A stretch of DNA of 64,000 nucleotides from Planctomycetota bacterium (GCA_021818445.1 JAKAEB010000017.1:480-64479); one strand, 5' to 3'; positions 27,728 through 37,829 are shown, counted from the stretch's first letter. Notes: generated from the sequence alone by a model not told the origin. Numbers and translations: made by a program.

Positions 27728-30190
27728 GTGATAGATGTTTTGAACACCCCGGCCGTGGACGAAATCGCCGGCGGCGTATTTGAAAAGATAGCTCCCGTGT
27801 GGCCGTTGGATGGTTTTGTGGCCGTCAACCCGCTTTGGGGATGTATCGCCATGCCATTCTCCGACGCCCTGCAAAAAATGCAGATTGCCACCGGCCAGCC
27901 GATGGACATGCCAAGCTCTTACTATGCAGGGAAATTCAGCACTGGCGAAATCACCGCCGATGATTTGCATGTCGCGAGGCAACGTCAATCGGCTCGTGCG
28001 CCGGCCCGGCTGATTCCCGATGTGCAAGCCGCCATCGCGGCCATCCGGCCCGACGGCAGTTCCAGCCCGTCCCACCAAGCCGATGCGCCCCACGCGCCGC
28101 CCTGTCCGCCCACCGTTTTTGATCGCCTTCCCGACGCCCTGCGACAACCACTGCTGGATCATATTGCCATGTGGTGCAGTGCCTATTTTGATCGCGGCCA
28201 GGCGGCGTGGAATATGATGGATCATTCCCAGCGGTTTTATGCGGCTTGGTACCGGCTGGCCATACTGGACCGTCTGCCTGAAATAGCCGGTCTGAAAGGG
28301 TGCCGCGCTTTTATTAAGTCCATGCCGCCTGACCCGGCCGAGGCATTGTCCAGATGTATTGAATTAATATCCCTTCCGCCGCATCTTTTGGCCGACTATT
28401 TCTACCGTTTGCTTTTAGACCACATCGGTTGGGCCAGCCATCTGCGGCTTCACACATGGCAGCACACCCTGCCACCGCAGGCAAATCCGCTTTTTGATCT
28501 GCTGGCCATACGGGCCGTATATGAGGCAGCGGCTTTCAAGCATCTTCACCGTCAGAGTAATCCACCGGCGTGGGGTCGATCATCACCGATGAGCCGCATC
28601 TCCGGTGCTGCACTATCCGCCCTTTGGCTTGAAGCACATGAAACGGCGTTTGAGCGACAACTCACCACGGCTTTACGCGGGCAAATAGCCCAGGGCAGAT
28701 TAAATGCCCCGTTGGCAACCCGCCCTGCCGCCCAATGCGTGTTTTGTATCGATGTACGGTCGGAACGCTTCCGACGTGCTGTGGAGACGGCTGCGCCAAG
28801 TGTGCAAACAGTCGGCTTTGCGGGCTTCTTTGGCTTTCCCATTCGCTATTCTCACATTGGCGACGAACATAGCACCATACAATTTCCCGTGCTGCTGTCG
28901 TCGCGCTTCCATGTGGGTGAAACCATCGGCGACAAGGCCAAAACGCACCAACGGGCGGCAGAGGTGCGCAGCGGCCGCCAATTTTCCGCCGGATGGTCGC
29001 AGTTGACGGCTTACGGCGTATCGTCATTAAATTTTGTTGAAATGCTGGGGCTTGGCTACGGGTGGAAGTTGCTTCGCGACGGCATTATTCAACCCACTGA
29101 AAAGACCAATCACAGCGCGCTGCCCGATGTGAGCCATTCTGCACCTGTGCCGGATGCCGCCGCGACCCACCCGCATCTATCTTTGGACGATCAGATCGCG
29201 ATGGCCAAAGGTGCCCTGAAAAATATGGGCCTGCGCGACCGGCTGGCCCGCCTTGTGCTCTTTTGTGGCCACGGGGCCGAAACCGCCAACAACCCGTACA
29301 AAGCCAGTCTGGATTGCGGCGCCTGCGGCGGACATGCCGGCGGCCCCAATGCGCGCGTGGCGGCGGCGGTGCTCAACAAGGATGCCGTGCGCACCGCATT
29401 GGCAGCAGATGGCCTGCATATCCCCGCCGACACATGGTTTATCGCCGGAGAGCACAATACCACCACCGATGAGGTGACCATTTACGATGCCGATGCGCTG
29501 CCCGCAAGCCACAGCGCCGATATCGCCCTTTTGCGTGAACAACTGACATCCGCCGGGGAACTGGTGCGGGCGGAAAAGGCTGCTGCGGAAGGGGATTCTC
29601 CCCATCAATCGGTTGCCGTCATCAAACGCGCTGCTCTGGGCCGGGCTGCCGATTGGGCACAGGTGCGACCCGAATGGGGGCTGGCCGGCAATGCCGCATT
29701 TATCGCGGCACCGCGCAGCTTAACCAGTGGTCTCAAGCTCGATGGCCGCGCTTTTCTGCACGACTACCACTGGCGGCAGGATGATGATGCCTCCATACTC
29801 ACACTCATTATGACGGCTCCGATGGTGGTGGCCCATTGGATTAACATGCAGTATTTTGCGTCCACCGTCTGCCCGGGCAAATGGGGCGCGGGTTCTAAAA
29901 CCATCCATAACGTCGTTGGTATGCACGGTGTATGCTCCGGCAATGCCGGCGATTTGCAGGTTGGCCTGCCCATTGAATCGCTCCATGATGGGAAAAAATG
30001 GCGGCATGACCCGCTTCGGTTGCTGGCGGTCATTGCCGCGCCGCGCGATAACATCGCCGGGGTTATACGCCAGCATTCACTGGTGCAAACATTATTGGAT
30101 AATCAATGGATTCATCTGCTGGCCATCGATGACCGGTCCGATCCGCAGTGTTACCGTTATGTGCCGGGCATGGCGTGGGAAATGGTTTAA
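27728..30190 (+). CDS. dabA: DabA (DUF2309/UPF0753), beta-carbonic-anhydrase-like subunit of the DAB pump
   Basis: 820 aa. LDGFVAVNPLWG near the N-terminus. Putative zinc-ligand motifs FCIDVRSE (Cys, Asp) and FCGHGAETANNPYKASLDCGACGG (His, Cys). Starts 19 nt after dabB. Confidence 0.88.
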   Translation: MIDVLNTPAVDEIAGGVFEKIAPVWPLDGFVAVNPLWGCIAMPFSDALQKMQIATGQPMDMPSSYYAGKFSTGEITADDLHVARQRQSARAPARLIPDVQAAIAAIRPDGSSSPSHQADAPHAPPCPPTVFDRLPDALRQPLLDHIAMWCSAYFDRGQAAWNMMDHSQRFYAAWYRLAILDRLPEIAGLKGCRAFIKSMPPDPAEALSRCIELISLPPHLLADYFYRLLLDHIGWASHLRLHTWQHTLPPQANPLFDLLAIRAVYEAAAFKHLHRQSNPPAWGRSSPMSRISGAALSALWLEAHETAFERQLTTALRGQIAQGRLNAPLATRPAAQCVFCIDVRSERFRRAVETAAPSVQTVGFAGFFGFPIRYSHIGDEHSTIQFPVLLSSRFHVGETIGDKAKTHQRAAEVRSGRQFSAGWSQLTAYGVSSLNFVEMLGLGYGWKLLRDGIIQPTEKTNHSALPDVSHSAPVPDAAATHPHLSLDDQIAMAKGALKNMGLRDRLARLVLFCGHGAETANNPYKASLDCGACGGHAGGPNARVAAAVLNKDAVRTALAADGLHIPADTWFIAGEHNTTTDEVTIYDADALPASHSADIALLREQLTSAGELVRAEKAAAEGDSPHQSVAVIKRAALGRAADWAQVRPEWGLAGNAAFIAAPRSLTSGLKLDGRAFLHDYHWRQDDDASILTLIMTAPMVVAHWINMQYFASTVCPGKWGAGSKTIHNVVGMHGVCSGNAGDLQVGLPIESLHDGKKWRHDPLRLLAVIAAPRDNIAGVIRQHSLVQTLLDNQWIHLLAIDDRSDPQCYRYVPGMAWEMV

Positions 30191-30202
30191 CCGGGGGTGA
30201 AT

Positions 30203-30802
30203 TTAGGCACCTTCGGCCGGACCCATGGCGCGGCGCAAGTAGGATTGAAACGTCGGCACGCCCGCCTGCTCCCACTGCTTTTCGATCGTGCGGGTGATTT
30301 CAGCATTCGCCTGCCGTAGGGCGGCCAGCGCTGCGGCTTCCGATTCCACTGCGGTAAACAGATGGCGGTCGTGGCTGTCGGCAAAAAACAAATAGCCGTC
30401 CAGATCCGGCGATGGCTGCAAAAGCATTTTCATATGCGGGTAATTTTTCTGCCCCAGCCGTAGCCGCAAAGACGGATTGACCTCTTCCTTTGAGGATATT
30501 TCAAACCACTCCCGGTGGCAGGGTTGCGATGGGTCGGCGGCGTTGATCGGTGCCATCCGCTTAAGTACTTCCGGCGGGGGGTTTGCGTCGCCGTAGGCGA
30601 TATCCAAAAATATTTTCGCAGCCCGCTGCAACGTCCCCACTGGGGGCAACGGTACGACCCTTGTCTCGTTTTCCACCATGTCTCGCCGATCCAACCCGGG
30701 CCGAACCAAACAGCATTCAGCCAACGGGCGCGCATTGTAACCCATGAGATGGTTATGTTCACCTGCCGATATCCATGGAACGGTACCTGTGTTTTGATGC
30801 AT
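30203..30802 (-). CDS. Hypothetical protein (about 200 aa), tail-to-tail with dabA
   Basis: The track ORF 30203..31081 starts with about 93 Arg/Pro-rich residues that overlap panD and look spurious. It was trimmed to ATG 30802 (MHQNTGTVPW...); ATG 30745 is an alternative. No family recognised. Confidence 0.5.
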   Translation of the reverse strand: MHQNTGTVPWISAGEHNHLMGYNARPLAECCLVRPGLDRRDMVENETRVVPLPPVGTLQRAAKIFLDIAYGDANPPPEVLKRMAPINAADPSQPCHREWFEISSKEEVNPSLRLRLGQKNYPHMKMLLQPSPDLDGYLFFADSHDRHLFTAVESEAAALAALRQANAEITRTIEKQWEQAGVPTFQSYLRRAMGPAEGA

Positions 30803-31048
30803 GGGCGGCGAGTGGCATACGGCATGCCAAGCGCAAAATGATGTGGTAATTCCGGCGGGGCGGGGAGATCGCCGCGCGATCCTAAGAAGGTATCCGGCGT
30901 AGCGGGGGTGATTGGCCGGTTGGCGCTTCGGCCGCTGCGGATACCAGGGGCGAGGGGTGGCTCGACGCCGATGGCGTTTAGCCCTTAGGATATAGGGGTG
31001 CGGAAGAGGAACTCTGCGCGGGTTATTGGGTTCAACGGGAATGGGTTC

Positions 31049-31423
31049 ATGTTGCTGACTATGCTTCGTGCCAAGATTCATGGTGCGATCATCACACAGG
31101 CCAATCGTGATTACGTTGGCAGTATTACCATTGACACCGAGCTTTTGAAAAAAAGCGGGCTGTTACCCAATGAGCGCGTTCTGGTTGCCGATATCCATAA
31201 CGGGGTGCGTTTTGAAACTTATATTATCGCCGGTGAAAAAGGCTCGGGTGTGATTGGCATTAATGGGGCGGCCGCACATTTGGTTAAACCGGGGGAAAAG
31301 ATCATCATCATGGCTTTTGCCCAGATGACGCATGAAGAGGCCATGATGCATCGGGCGAATGTGTTGCTGGTCGATGCCGACAATCGGCCGATGAAAACCA
31401 TGGAACTTGCCAGCCAAGTCTGA
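31049..31423 (+). CDS. panD: Aspartate 1-decarboxylase
   Basis: MLLTMLRAKIHGAIITQANRDYVGSITID aligns with E. coli PanD [29 protein letters not shown], including the Gly-Ser self-processing site. GINGAAAH is also present. Confidence 0.93.
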   Translation: MLLTMLRAKIHGAIITQANRDYVGSITIDTELLKKSGLLPNERVLVADIHNGVRFETYIIAGEKGSGVIGINGAAAHLVKPGEKIIIMAFAQMTHEEAMMHRANVLLVDADNRPMKTMELASQV

Positions 31424-31521
31424 TTTTTTCAGGTGGAAGGACAGTGTGCCTGCAATTTTCACGGTAAAATCGAAAGCCTTTCGCGGTTGGCGGCAACAGT
31501 AACCACGGAACTGGAGAATTG

Positions 31522-32949
31522 ATGAACATATCAGGGTTTTCTGCGCATGTGGTGGGTGCACGATGGGTATTTATCCTCGCCAGCGGGCTGATGATATTGG
31601 CCGCCGCGGGCTGTAGTTATGAGCCAGGCTGGATGATCAGCGCCAAGCCGAGTTGCCGGGTACAGCGGGCCTTATCGATGGTATCGCCGGCGGTGGTGCG
31701 GATTGATGTGGTGATGCGGCAGTTTCACGGCGGCGTCGCAACGCATTTTCGAGCCATCGGCAGTGGTGTGATCATTGACCGCCAAGGCCGCATTCTGACC
31801 AATTTTCATGTGGCCGGTCGGGCACGGCACATTGAAGTAATTCTGGCTGACCGGCAGAAGATTTCCGCCCGCCGCATTGGTGCCGATCATTGGACTGATC
31901 TTTCGCTTATCCAGCTTAATCGCCGGGAGATGAAAGCCAAGCACGTGCACTTCAAATGGGCCCAATTGGGCAATTCTTCCCATGTCATGCTGGGAGAGCC
32001 TGTAATGGCCATTGGCACGCCGTACGGTCTGGCGCGGACGGTTACACGGGGGATTATTTCCAACACCGACCGTTTTTTTAATGCCTCGACGATCGATGGA
32101 TATGAAACCGGGCAATTTAACAACTGGTTGCAAACCGATGCCGCGATCAATCCCGGTAATTCCGGCGGTCCGCTCATCAACCTCAAAGGGCAGGTGATCG
32201 GCATTAACACACGTGGTGATCCGAGTGCCAACAATCTAGGCTTTGCCATTCCGATTAACGTGGCGCGGCGCGTGATTCCATCGCTGGAACATTATGGCCG
32301 GGTGTATCGCAGCTATATCGGGATTAATTTTCAGCCACTGCGCGACCTGCATCGCTTTTATCACATCGGGTTGGGGCAGGGGGTTCTGATTCGGTCGGTC
32401 GGCCCGGATTCGCCTGCCAGCAAGGCCGGGGTGGAGCCGCAGGATGTTCTGTTGGCCGTCAATGGCTGGGCCACGAATTGTCAGTTCCCCGAGCAATTGG
32501 CACGCATCCGAAATTACATTGCCTCGCAGCCGATTGGATCGGTGCTCACGCTGAAAATTGATCGGCTTAATGGTAATAATCAGGTGCAGCATCTGACGAT
32601 CAAACTCAAATCGCAGCGTCTGGAAAGCGCCATCTCGCCGCAGCATTTGATCTCCGCATGGGGCATGGTGGTGCGCAATTTAACCACCACCTATCTGCGG
32701 CAGTCGCACCTGCCGATGCTCAAGGGGGTACTGGTTACCAGCATTCGCAGCGACTCGGTGGCCGATCACGCGGGCATTGAGGACGGCGATATTATTGTGC
32801 GCGTGGCCGGGCATGTTATCGACAATGCAACGGATATGAAGGCGGCGGCCGATCATGTGGATAAAAAGCATAACCCGGTGGCAGTGGTTATACGCCGGGG
32901 CCGCACCCGCCGCACGCTGGTGCTTACACCACGTAAACCGGGTTCGTGA
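31522..32949 (+). CDS. HtrA/DegP-family serine protease with two PDZ domains
   Basis: Catalytic triad motifs TNFHVAG (His), DLSLIQL (Asp) and GNSGGPLINLKGQVIGINT (Ser). PDZ signatures GVLIRSVGPDSPASKAGVEPQDVLLAVNG and GVLVTSIRSDSVADHAGIEDGDIIVRVAG. Confidence 0.9.
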   Translation: MNISGFSAHVVGARWVFILASGLMILAAAGCSYEPGWMISAKPSCRVQRALSMVSPAVVRIDVVMRQFHGGVATHFRAIGSGVIIDRQGRILTNFHVAGRARHIEVILADRQKISARRIGADHWTDLSLIQLNRREMKAKHVHFKWAQLGNSSHVMLGEPVMAIGTPYGLARTVTRGIISNTDRFFNASTIDGYETGQFNNWLQTDAAINPGNSGGPLINLKGQVIGINTRGDPSANNLGFAIPINVARRVIPSLEHYGRVYRSYIGINFQPLRDLHRFYHIGLGQGVLIRSVGPDSPASKAGVEPQDVLLAVNGWATNCQFPEQLARIRNYIASQPIGSVLTLKIDRLNGNNQVQHLTIKLKSQRLESAISPQHLISAWGMVVRNLTTTYLRQSHLPMLKGVLVTSIRSDSVADHAGIEDGDIIVRVAGHVIDNATDMKAAADHVDKKHNPVAVVIRRGRTRRTLVLTPRKPGS

Positions 32950-33044
32950 CGGCATGATTCAGGCCCTGAAGCCACCAGCCTGTGGTGTTGTGTGCTGGCG
33001 GCGTGCCGTTGCCCATCAGGAATGATTTTTGAGGAGATAAATCA

Positions 33045-34463
33045 ATGCGGTCAATAAATCAGCCGATTACGGCCCTGGCAATTACCATCGCCCTTGGTTC
33101 GGGCATGGCGGCCTTCGCGAGGACCAGTGAAGCAAGTGTGCCGCCGGCACGGATCGACCATGTGGCCCAAAGCCTGGTCTGGGTGAAGTACACCGCGGAA
33201 AACGAATTCAAAAAGAGCACCAAACTGCGGGCGCAGGGTATTATTCTTAATAAGCAGGGTGTGGTGATGGTGACGTCGGCGCTGTTTCCCGCCAGCCTGC
33301 CACTCTCCTATTTTCACCATCTTAAAATTAAGCTTCCGTTCGGTCGCATGAAAACCATCCCCGCCACATATCTCGGCCGATCTCCCGACGGCGTGATGTG
33401 TTATGTCAAAGCCCTCAATCCTCTGAATCTTCCGCCGCTGGCTATCAAACATCCGGCAGAGGTTCACCTTGGTGAACGGGTTTATTCCATCGGGCGGCTC
33501 AATAAAAATCTGGCGTACAAACCGTACATTGGAATAAATCGGGTTAAAATATTAGTCCGGCAGGTGCGATGGGCGGCGGGAGTTGAAGTGTTCGGGCTTA
33601 CCGACGCGACGAGCCCGGTTTACGCCCTGCGTACCGGCGATTTTGCCGGAATTACCATACCGAGCACAGGTGACGCGGTAGAACTGAGCATCCTGGGGCA
33701 TTCCGGCCCGGTCAATATTTCCGATCCCCTGCAAACCGGTATCTTCCTGCCATGGAATTCCGTTGAAAATTATATTAAAGATGCGCCGCTGCACCGCACA
33801 CCAGCCCGGACACCGTGGCTGGGCACCATGGATTCCACCGGCCTGAAAAAGGCGGTGCGTAAGCTATACCACATTAAGCAGCTTTCCGGTGTGATGATTG
33901 GCCGCGTGATTCCGGGCATGCCGGCCGCCAAAGCCGGGCTTAAGAGCCAGGATATTGTGCTGACCATGAATGGCAAACCGGTGTCGCACTCGCCACTGCC
34001 CAGTTTTATGCTCGCCGCGTTTGAACGCAAAATATTTGCCTGTAAGCCCGGCACTATTGTCCACCTCGGTGTGCTGCGCAATGGCACCAAACATCTGAAT
34101 ATTGCCGTTAAGGTGGGTGTGCAGCCTGTCAGTGGTGCGAGATTGCCTCGATATTACAATCGCAAACTCGGTGTGGTGGTGCGGGATCTGGCCTTTTTTG
34201 ATCTTTACGACCGCAAACTTTCCCAAAAGCAGACGGGCGTAATGGTTTCGCTGATCCGCAACGGTGCCCCGGCCGGTTTGGGAAATACGCCCCTGCAGGC
34301 CGGCTACATCGTTACTCGAATTAATAATAAAAAAGTGGGCAATGTAAAGCAATTTGCGCAAATGGTCGCGGCCGACATGAAAGCGAAAACGGCCCGTAGC
34401 ATGGTCTTTGAGGTGATCAACAGCAAAGGCAATACGGCCGTGTGCCATGTTCGGCTTCACTGA
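33045..34463 (+). CDS. HtrA-like protein with two PDZ domains but degenerate catalytic motifs (likely pseudoprotease)
   Basis: Domain order matches the upstream HtrA. The His motif position reads VMVTSALF (no His). The GNSGGP position reads TDATSPVYAL. PDZ motifs are kept (GVMIGRVIPGMPAAKAGLKSQDIVLTMNG; GVMVSLIRNGAPAGLGNTPLQAGYIVTRINN). Confidence 0.7.
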   Translation: MRSINQPITALAITIALGSGMAAFARTSEASVPPARIDHVAQSLVWVKYTAENEFKKSTKLRAQGIILNKQGVVMVTSALFPASLPLSYFHHLKIKLPFGRMKTIPATYLGRSPDGVMCYVKALNPLNLPPLAIKHPAEVHLGERVYSIGRLNKNLAYKPYIGINRVKILVRQVRWAAGVEVFGLTDATSPVYALRTGDFAGITIPSTGDAVELSILGHSGPVNISDPLQTGIFLPWNSVENYIKDAPLHRTPARTPWLGTMDSTGLKKAVRKLYHIKQLSGVMIGRVIPGMPAAKAGLKSQDIVLTMNGKPVSHSPLPSFMLAAFERKIFACKPGTIVHLGVLRNGTKHLNIAVKVGVQPVSGARLPRYYNRKLGVVVRDLAFFDLYDRKLSQKQTGVMVSLIRNGAPAGLGNTPLQAGYIVTRINNKKVGNVKQFAQMVAADMKAKTARSMVFEVINSKGNTAVCHVRLH

Positions 34464-34699
34464 TCATCGGGGGTATCTCCGTGCGGGGTGGTGGCCCGGC
34501 GCAGAAACATGCTATACATAAATGTGAGTTTGGCATTAGAAGTCATGGTTAGCAAATGTTTCTCGCGATGTTTCAAGCAACCAGCCGGCGAGCGGCCGGC
34601 GAAAAGGCCCATCCCGAATTCACGTTAACTGACGGTGCGCTGGCTTGCCGGCGGAAGCGACCGGACGCATCGCGGCGGGTGTTCCTCTGGTCGTGGGCG

Positions 34700-35524
34700 T
34701 CAGTCAAAAAGGCGAAATCGGATAATTTGAATGATCGCTGAAATGGCATCGCGCCATCCGATCTTTTTTCCTTCCTCGTAGGTGCGGCCGGCATAGGCTA
34801 CACCCGTCTCATAAACGCGCACATGGCGGCCGTTATTGAGCCGCAGACGGGCTACCTTGGCGGTCAATTCGGGCTCCACACCAAAACGGGGGCTTTTAAT
34901 TTTTATGCGGCTGTATACGTCGCGGGTGAACGCTTTATAGCAAACTTCCATGTCGGTAAGGTTCAGATTGGTAAGCATATTGGACAGAGTGGTAAGAAAA
35001 TTATTCGCCAACTGATGCCAAAAATACATCACACGGTGAGGTTCGCCTATGAATCGGCTTCCGAAGACCGCATCCGCCTTGCCCTGCAAAATGGGTTCGA
35101 GAAGTTTGGGATAATCGGCGGGATCATACTCAAAATCTGCGTCTTGAATAATTAATATATCACCGGTTGCCATTGCCCACGCGTCGCGCAGCGCCGCACC
35201 CTTTCCCTGATTGACCGGCTTGTTGATCATATGGAAACGGATATGCGGATACTGCGGTGGCAAGGATTGCATCACCTCCCATGTGCGGTCGGTGGATGCA
35301 TCGTTAACCATAATGATCTCACGATGCAGACCGCCCGGGAGGGCCTGCCCGGCGACCTTCTTTACCACGGCTGCCAGGTAGGTTTCCTCGTTGTATACCG
35401 GGATTAAAATGGAAAGCAATTTGGATGGCGGCGGGGTGTCAATCCCCGATGTTACCTGTGCTGGTGTTTCCGACTTTGCGGGGATGTCGGTCAAATCAGT
35501 ATCCTCCCGAGTTGCTCCGGACAT
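34700..35524 (-). CDS. GT2-family glycosyltransferase (polyprenol-phosphate sugar transferase-like)
   Basis: LSILIPVYNEE, IIMVNDASTDRT and GKGAALRDAWAMATGDILIIQDADFEYDP (DxD-type motif). Starts 22 nt after the GxGYxYP gene. Confidence 0.88.
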   Translation of the reverse strand: MSGATREDTDLTDIPAKSETPAQVTSGIDTPPPSKLLSILIPVYNEETYLAAVVKKVAGQALPGGLHREIIMVNDASTDRTWEVMQSLPPQYPHIRFHMINKPVNQGKGAALRDAWAMATGDILIIQDADFEYDPADYPKLLEPILQGKADAVFGSRFIGEPHRVMYFWHQLANNFLTTLSNMLTNLNLTDMEVCYKAFTRDVYSRIKIKSPRFGVEPELTAKVARLRLNNGRHVRVYETGVAYAGRTYEEGKKIGWRDAISAIIQIIRFRLFD

Positions 35525-35546
35525 GTCAGTTGAGTGATGGATTTAT

Positions 35547-37829
35547 TCATCGTCGCGATTCTCGATACAGGGTATTGAGTTGGGTTGGCGTCACATCCCG
35601 ATAGCGGGGGCCAAGAGCCTTGATCAACCGATATAGTTTGTGCATCGATGCGCCCCAGTTCCAGACAAACACATTGAGAAATGCCGACTTTCGCCCACCC
35701 ACCCAATGGTGAATCTGGTGCACCATATCGTGGACCGTCCAATGCGGCCCAAAACTGGAATTCGTCGCCGCCCGAAATACGCTTTGCCCCGTGGGAAGCG
35801 TATAGGTTAGCTGCGAATAATGCTTCTCACCTGAGTAGCCGTAATCCGGCATGAGAAATGAAACTTTCGGCAACGCCCGGCCGACGGCGGCTATGACGTG
35901 ACGTTCCTGCGTCTGCCCGCGCGCTGACCCGAGAAAAAGCCGCAACGTAGGCATATCGAGACGCTGCATATACCGCCATGTCCAGCGGTAGACACGACGG
36001 AAGGCGCTGTTTCGGTCGGCGAGGCGGCGGGCCCAGACCGGTGGATAAAAATATCCCACCCCCGATACATCGCATAGAAATTCATCGTGCGGCTTGGCGT
36101 GCTGAAAATACCAGCGGGCGATGGTGGGCGCAACGTCCAGAAGCGTAGGCCCCATGCCCCAGCCGACCGCAAATTTGCCGTGGTAGGGGCTGCGAAACCA
36201 TTTCCGAAAATAGCTCTGCCATGTGCAGAGGTTGTCCCCGTCCGATACGGTCAGTGCGATGTAAATGGTGTGCGGGTTGTAGTGCGGGGCAGGAAGATAT
36301 GTCTGCTTGAGCCGCGCCAATGGTACGCCACTGAAGACTGAAAAATTGCGAGTGTAATCGCTGACGACCGTCAATTTTCCGTATTGCGACGCGAGGGCAA
36401 CGCCCGGGCCTTCACCGAGGCCGCTGCCCGGCCCGCACCACCAGAAACCGCGAACCACCGACCCGAATGGTGTCTGGGCCAATAGTTTTTTAATCTGGCG
36501 CTTTTCAGCGTACATATCGGCCCCCGGCAATTGCTGGACGGACCGCCCTGTGACCCAGAAAACAGGCCCTTTGGCGGCGACAACCTGGTCTACACCGCCC
36601 CGGCCCAGAATGCGGGGGTTCAGACAGCACATTAAAAATGGATTCATCTGCGGCAGCAATTTCACGCGGAGGTAACGCAGTGCGGCGGCGTCGTTGGAGA
36701 ACATACCACGCATATTGACGCGCACCGGCAGGTGCAGCCGTCGGGCTAATTGAGGGGTGGCCACCACCAGATCATCAATCGATCCGATGTCGCAGGCGAT
36801 GTCGGGTGAATCAAATATGGCCGGATCCGGTACAACAGCACCTTTGATGGACGAACGGAACCGAGCCACCAAATTCAGCGGGTGCTTAACAACCCGCCAA
36901 CCTGTAATCGAGTGTTGAGCCTTGAGCTGCCGCAGCCAGAACCAGTCACTTGGTGTCCACACAAGGTAAATGCGCGGTCGGCTCCGATTGACCAACCCTT
37001 GCAGAGTTACCAGAAGGCGCTGAACGTCGGGCGATTCGTGGCTGACATCGGCTACGAAAAGAGTCCGTGCCGGCGCTGGCATCTTCGGTTGTACGGTGGG
37101 GTATGGCCGCCGAAGCTTCGGCAGTGTGACGGATTCCCGTAGTGATGGGCCGGCATAGCCAATCCGCACATCTCCCAAAAGCACCGTGCCGGCCACGTGG
37201 GGGGCGGCACCAAACGCCACCACCATGGATCGCGCATTTCGCGGAACGCGGTAGCTGGTGCGGTGAGTACGCATGAGAACGCTGATGCCCGGCCCCGTTC
37301 CACTTACGCCCGTAGAAGCCGAAAATTGACCGAGGAATCGTCCCGTGTGGCGGCCATTCGCTGCTGGTGGCCCGCTGAAAAATGCGATCTGGAGGATAAC
37401 ACCCTGCGAGTGTCGATTGGGCGCGTGCAAGTCGATCGGAGACCATGACCATCTGATGGCCGCACGATTTCCCGGTAGCGTTTTGCCTTGGCTGCGACTT
37501 AAATCGATCGCCTTGGAGTGCACGGTCCATAAATTATTGTGCCTGCCATCAAAACGCAGGCGGCAGACATCCTTTCCGTCGCGGGCATACAGATGCGCAT
37601 TGGCGTGGGGCGCTACGATCCAGGTTCGCCTCCAGTGGTGGCCAAAACCGCCATTCAGCAGCAGATGGCTGGCCGGCATGGCCGGTGCCGGATGGAGCCC
37701 ATTGGCCGCCGCACCTGCCCGCCAGAATAAAAGCAGCGCGATGGCGATAATCAGCCATGTGAGGTGGTTGGCGAAAAATCGCCTGGTCGATGATAAACAG
37801 GTTACGCGATTGATGTTTGATTTCAGCAT
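35547..37829 (-). CDS. GxGYxYP-family putative glycoside hydrolase, secreted or membrane-anchored
   Basis: N-terminal anchor LTWLIIAIALLLFW. The family signature is present as DVSGVGYFYPPVW (G-V-G-Y-F-Y-P). 760 aa. Confidence 0.75.
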   Translation of the reverse strand: MLKSNINRVTCLSSTRRFFANHLTWLIIAIALLLFWRAGAAANGLHPAPAMPASHLLLNGGFGHHWRRTWIVAPHANAHLYARDGKDVCRLRFDGRHNNLWTVHSKAIDLSRSQGKTLPGNRAAIRWSWSPIDLHAPNRHSQGVILQIAFFSGPPAANGRHTGRFLGQFSASTGVSGTGPGISVLMRTHRTSYRVPRNARSMVVAFGAAPHVAGTVLLGDVRIGYAGPSLRESVTLPKLRRPYPTVQPKMPAPARTLFVADVSHESPDVQRLLVTLQGLVNRSRPRIYLVWTPSDWFWLRQLKAQHSITGWRVVKHPLNLVARFRSSIKGAVVPDPAIFDSPDIACDIGSIDDLVVATPQLARRLHLPVRVNMRGMFSNDAAALRYLRVKLLPQMNPFLMCCLNPRILGRGGVDQVVAAKGPVFWVTGRSVQQLPGADMYAEKRQIKKLLAQTPFGSVVRGFWWCGPGSGLGEGPGVALASQYGKLTVVSDYTRNFSVFSGVPLARLKQTYLPAPHYNPHTIYIALTVSDGDNLCTWQSYFRKWFRSPYHGKFAVGWGMGPTLLDVAPTIARWYFQHAKPHDEFLCDVSGVGYFYPPVWARRLADRNSAFRRVYRWTWRYMQRLDMPTLRLFLGSARGQTQERHVIAAVGRALPKVSFLMPDYGYSGEKHYSQLTYTLPTGQSVFRAATNSSFGPHWTVHDMVHQIHHWVGGRKSAFLNVFVWNWGASMHKLYRLIKALGPRYRDVTPTQLNTLYRESRR

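Noticed and set aside
30803-31081. Arg/Pro-rich N-terminal extensions of track ORFs: 30203..31081, 54041..55864, 4384..4494, 14914..14982, 62195..63517, 60662..60757 and 38540..38590
   Set aside because: The extensions overlap neighbouring genes or lack protein-like composition. Internal ATGs with an SD-like sequence and/or a signal peptide give sensible gene boundaries.
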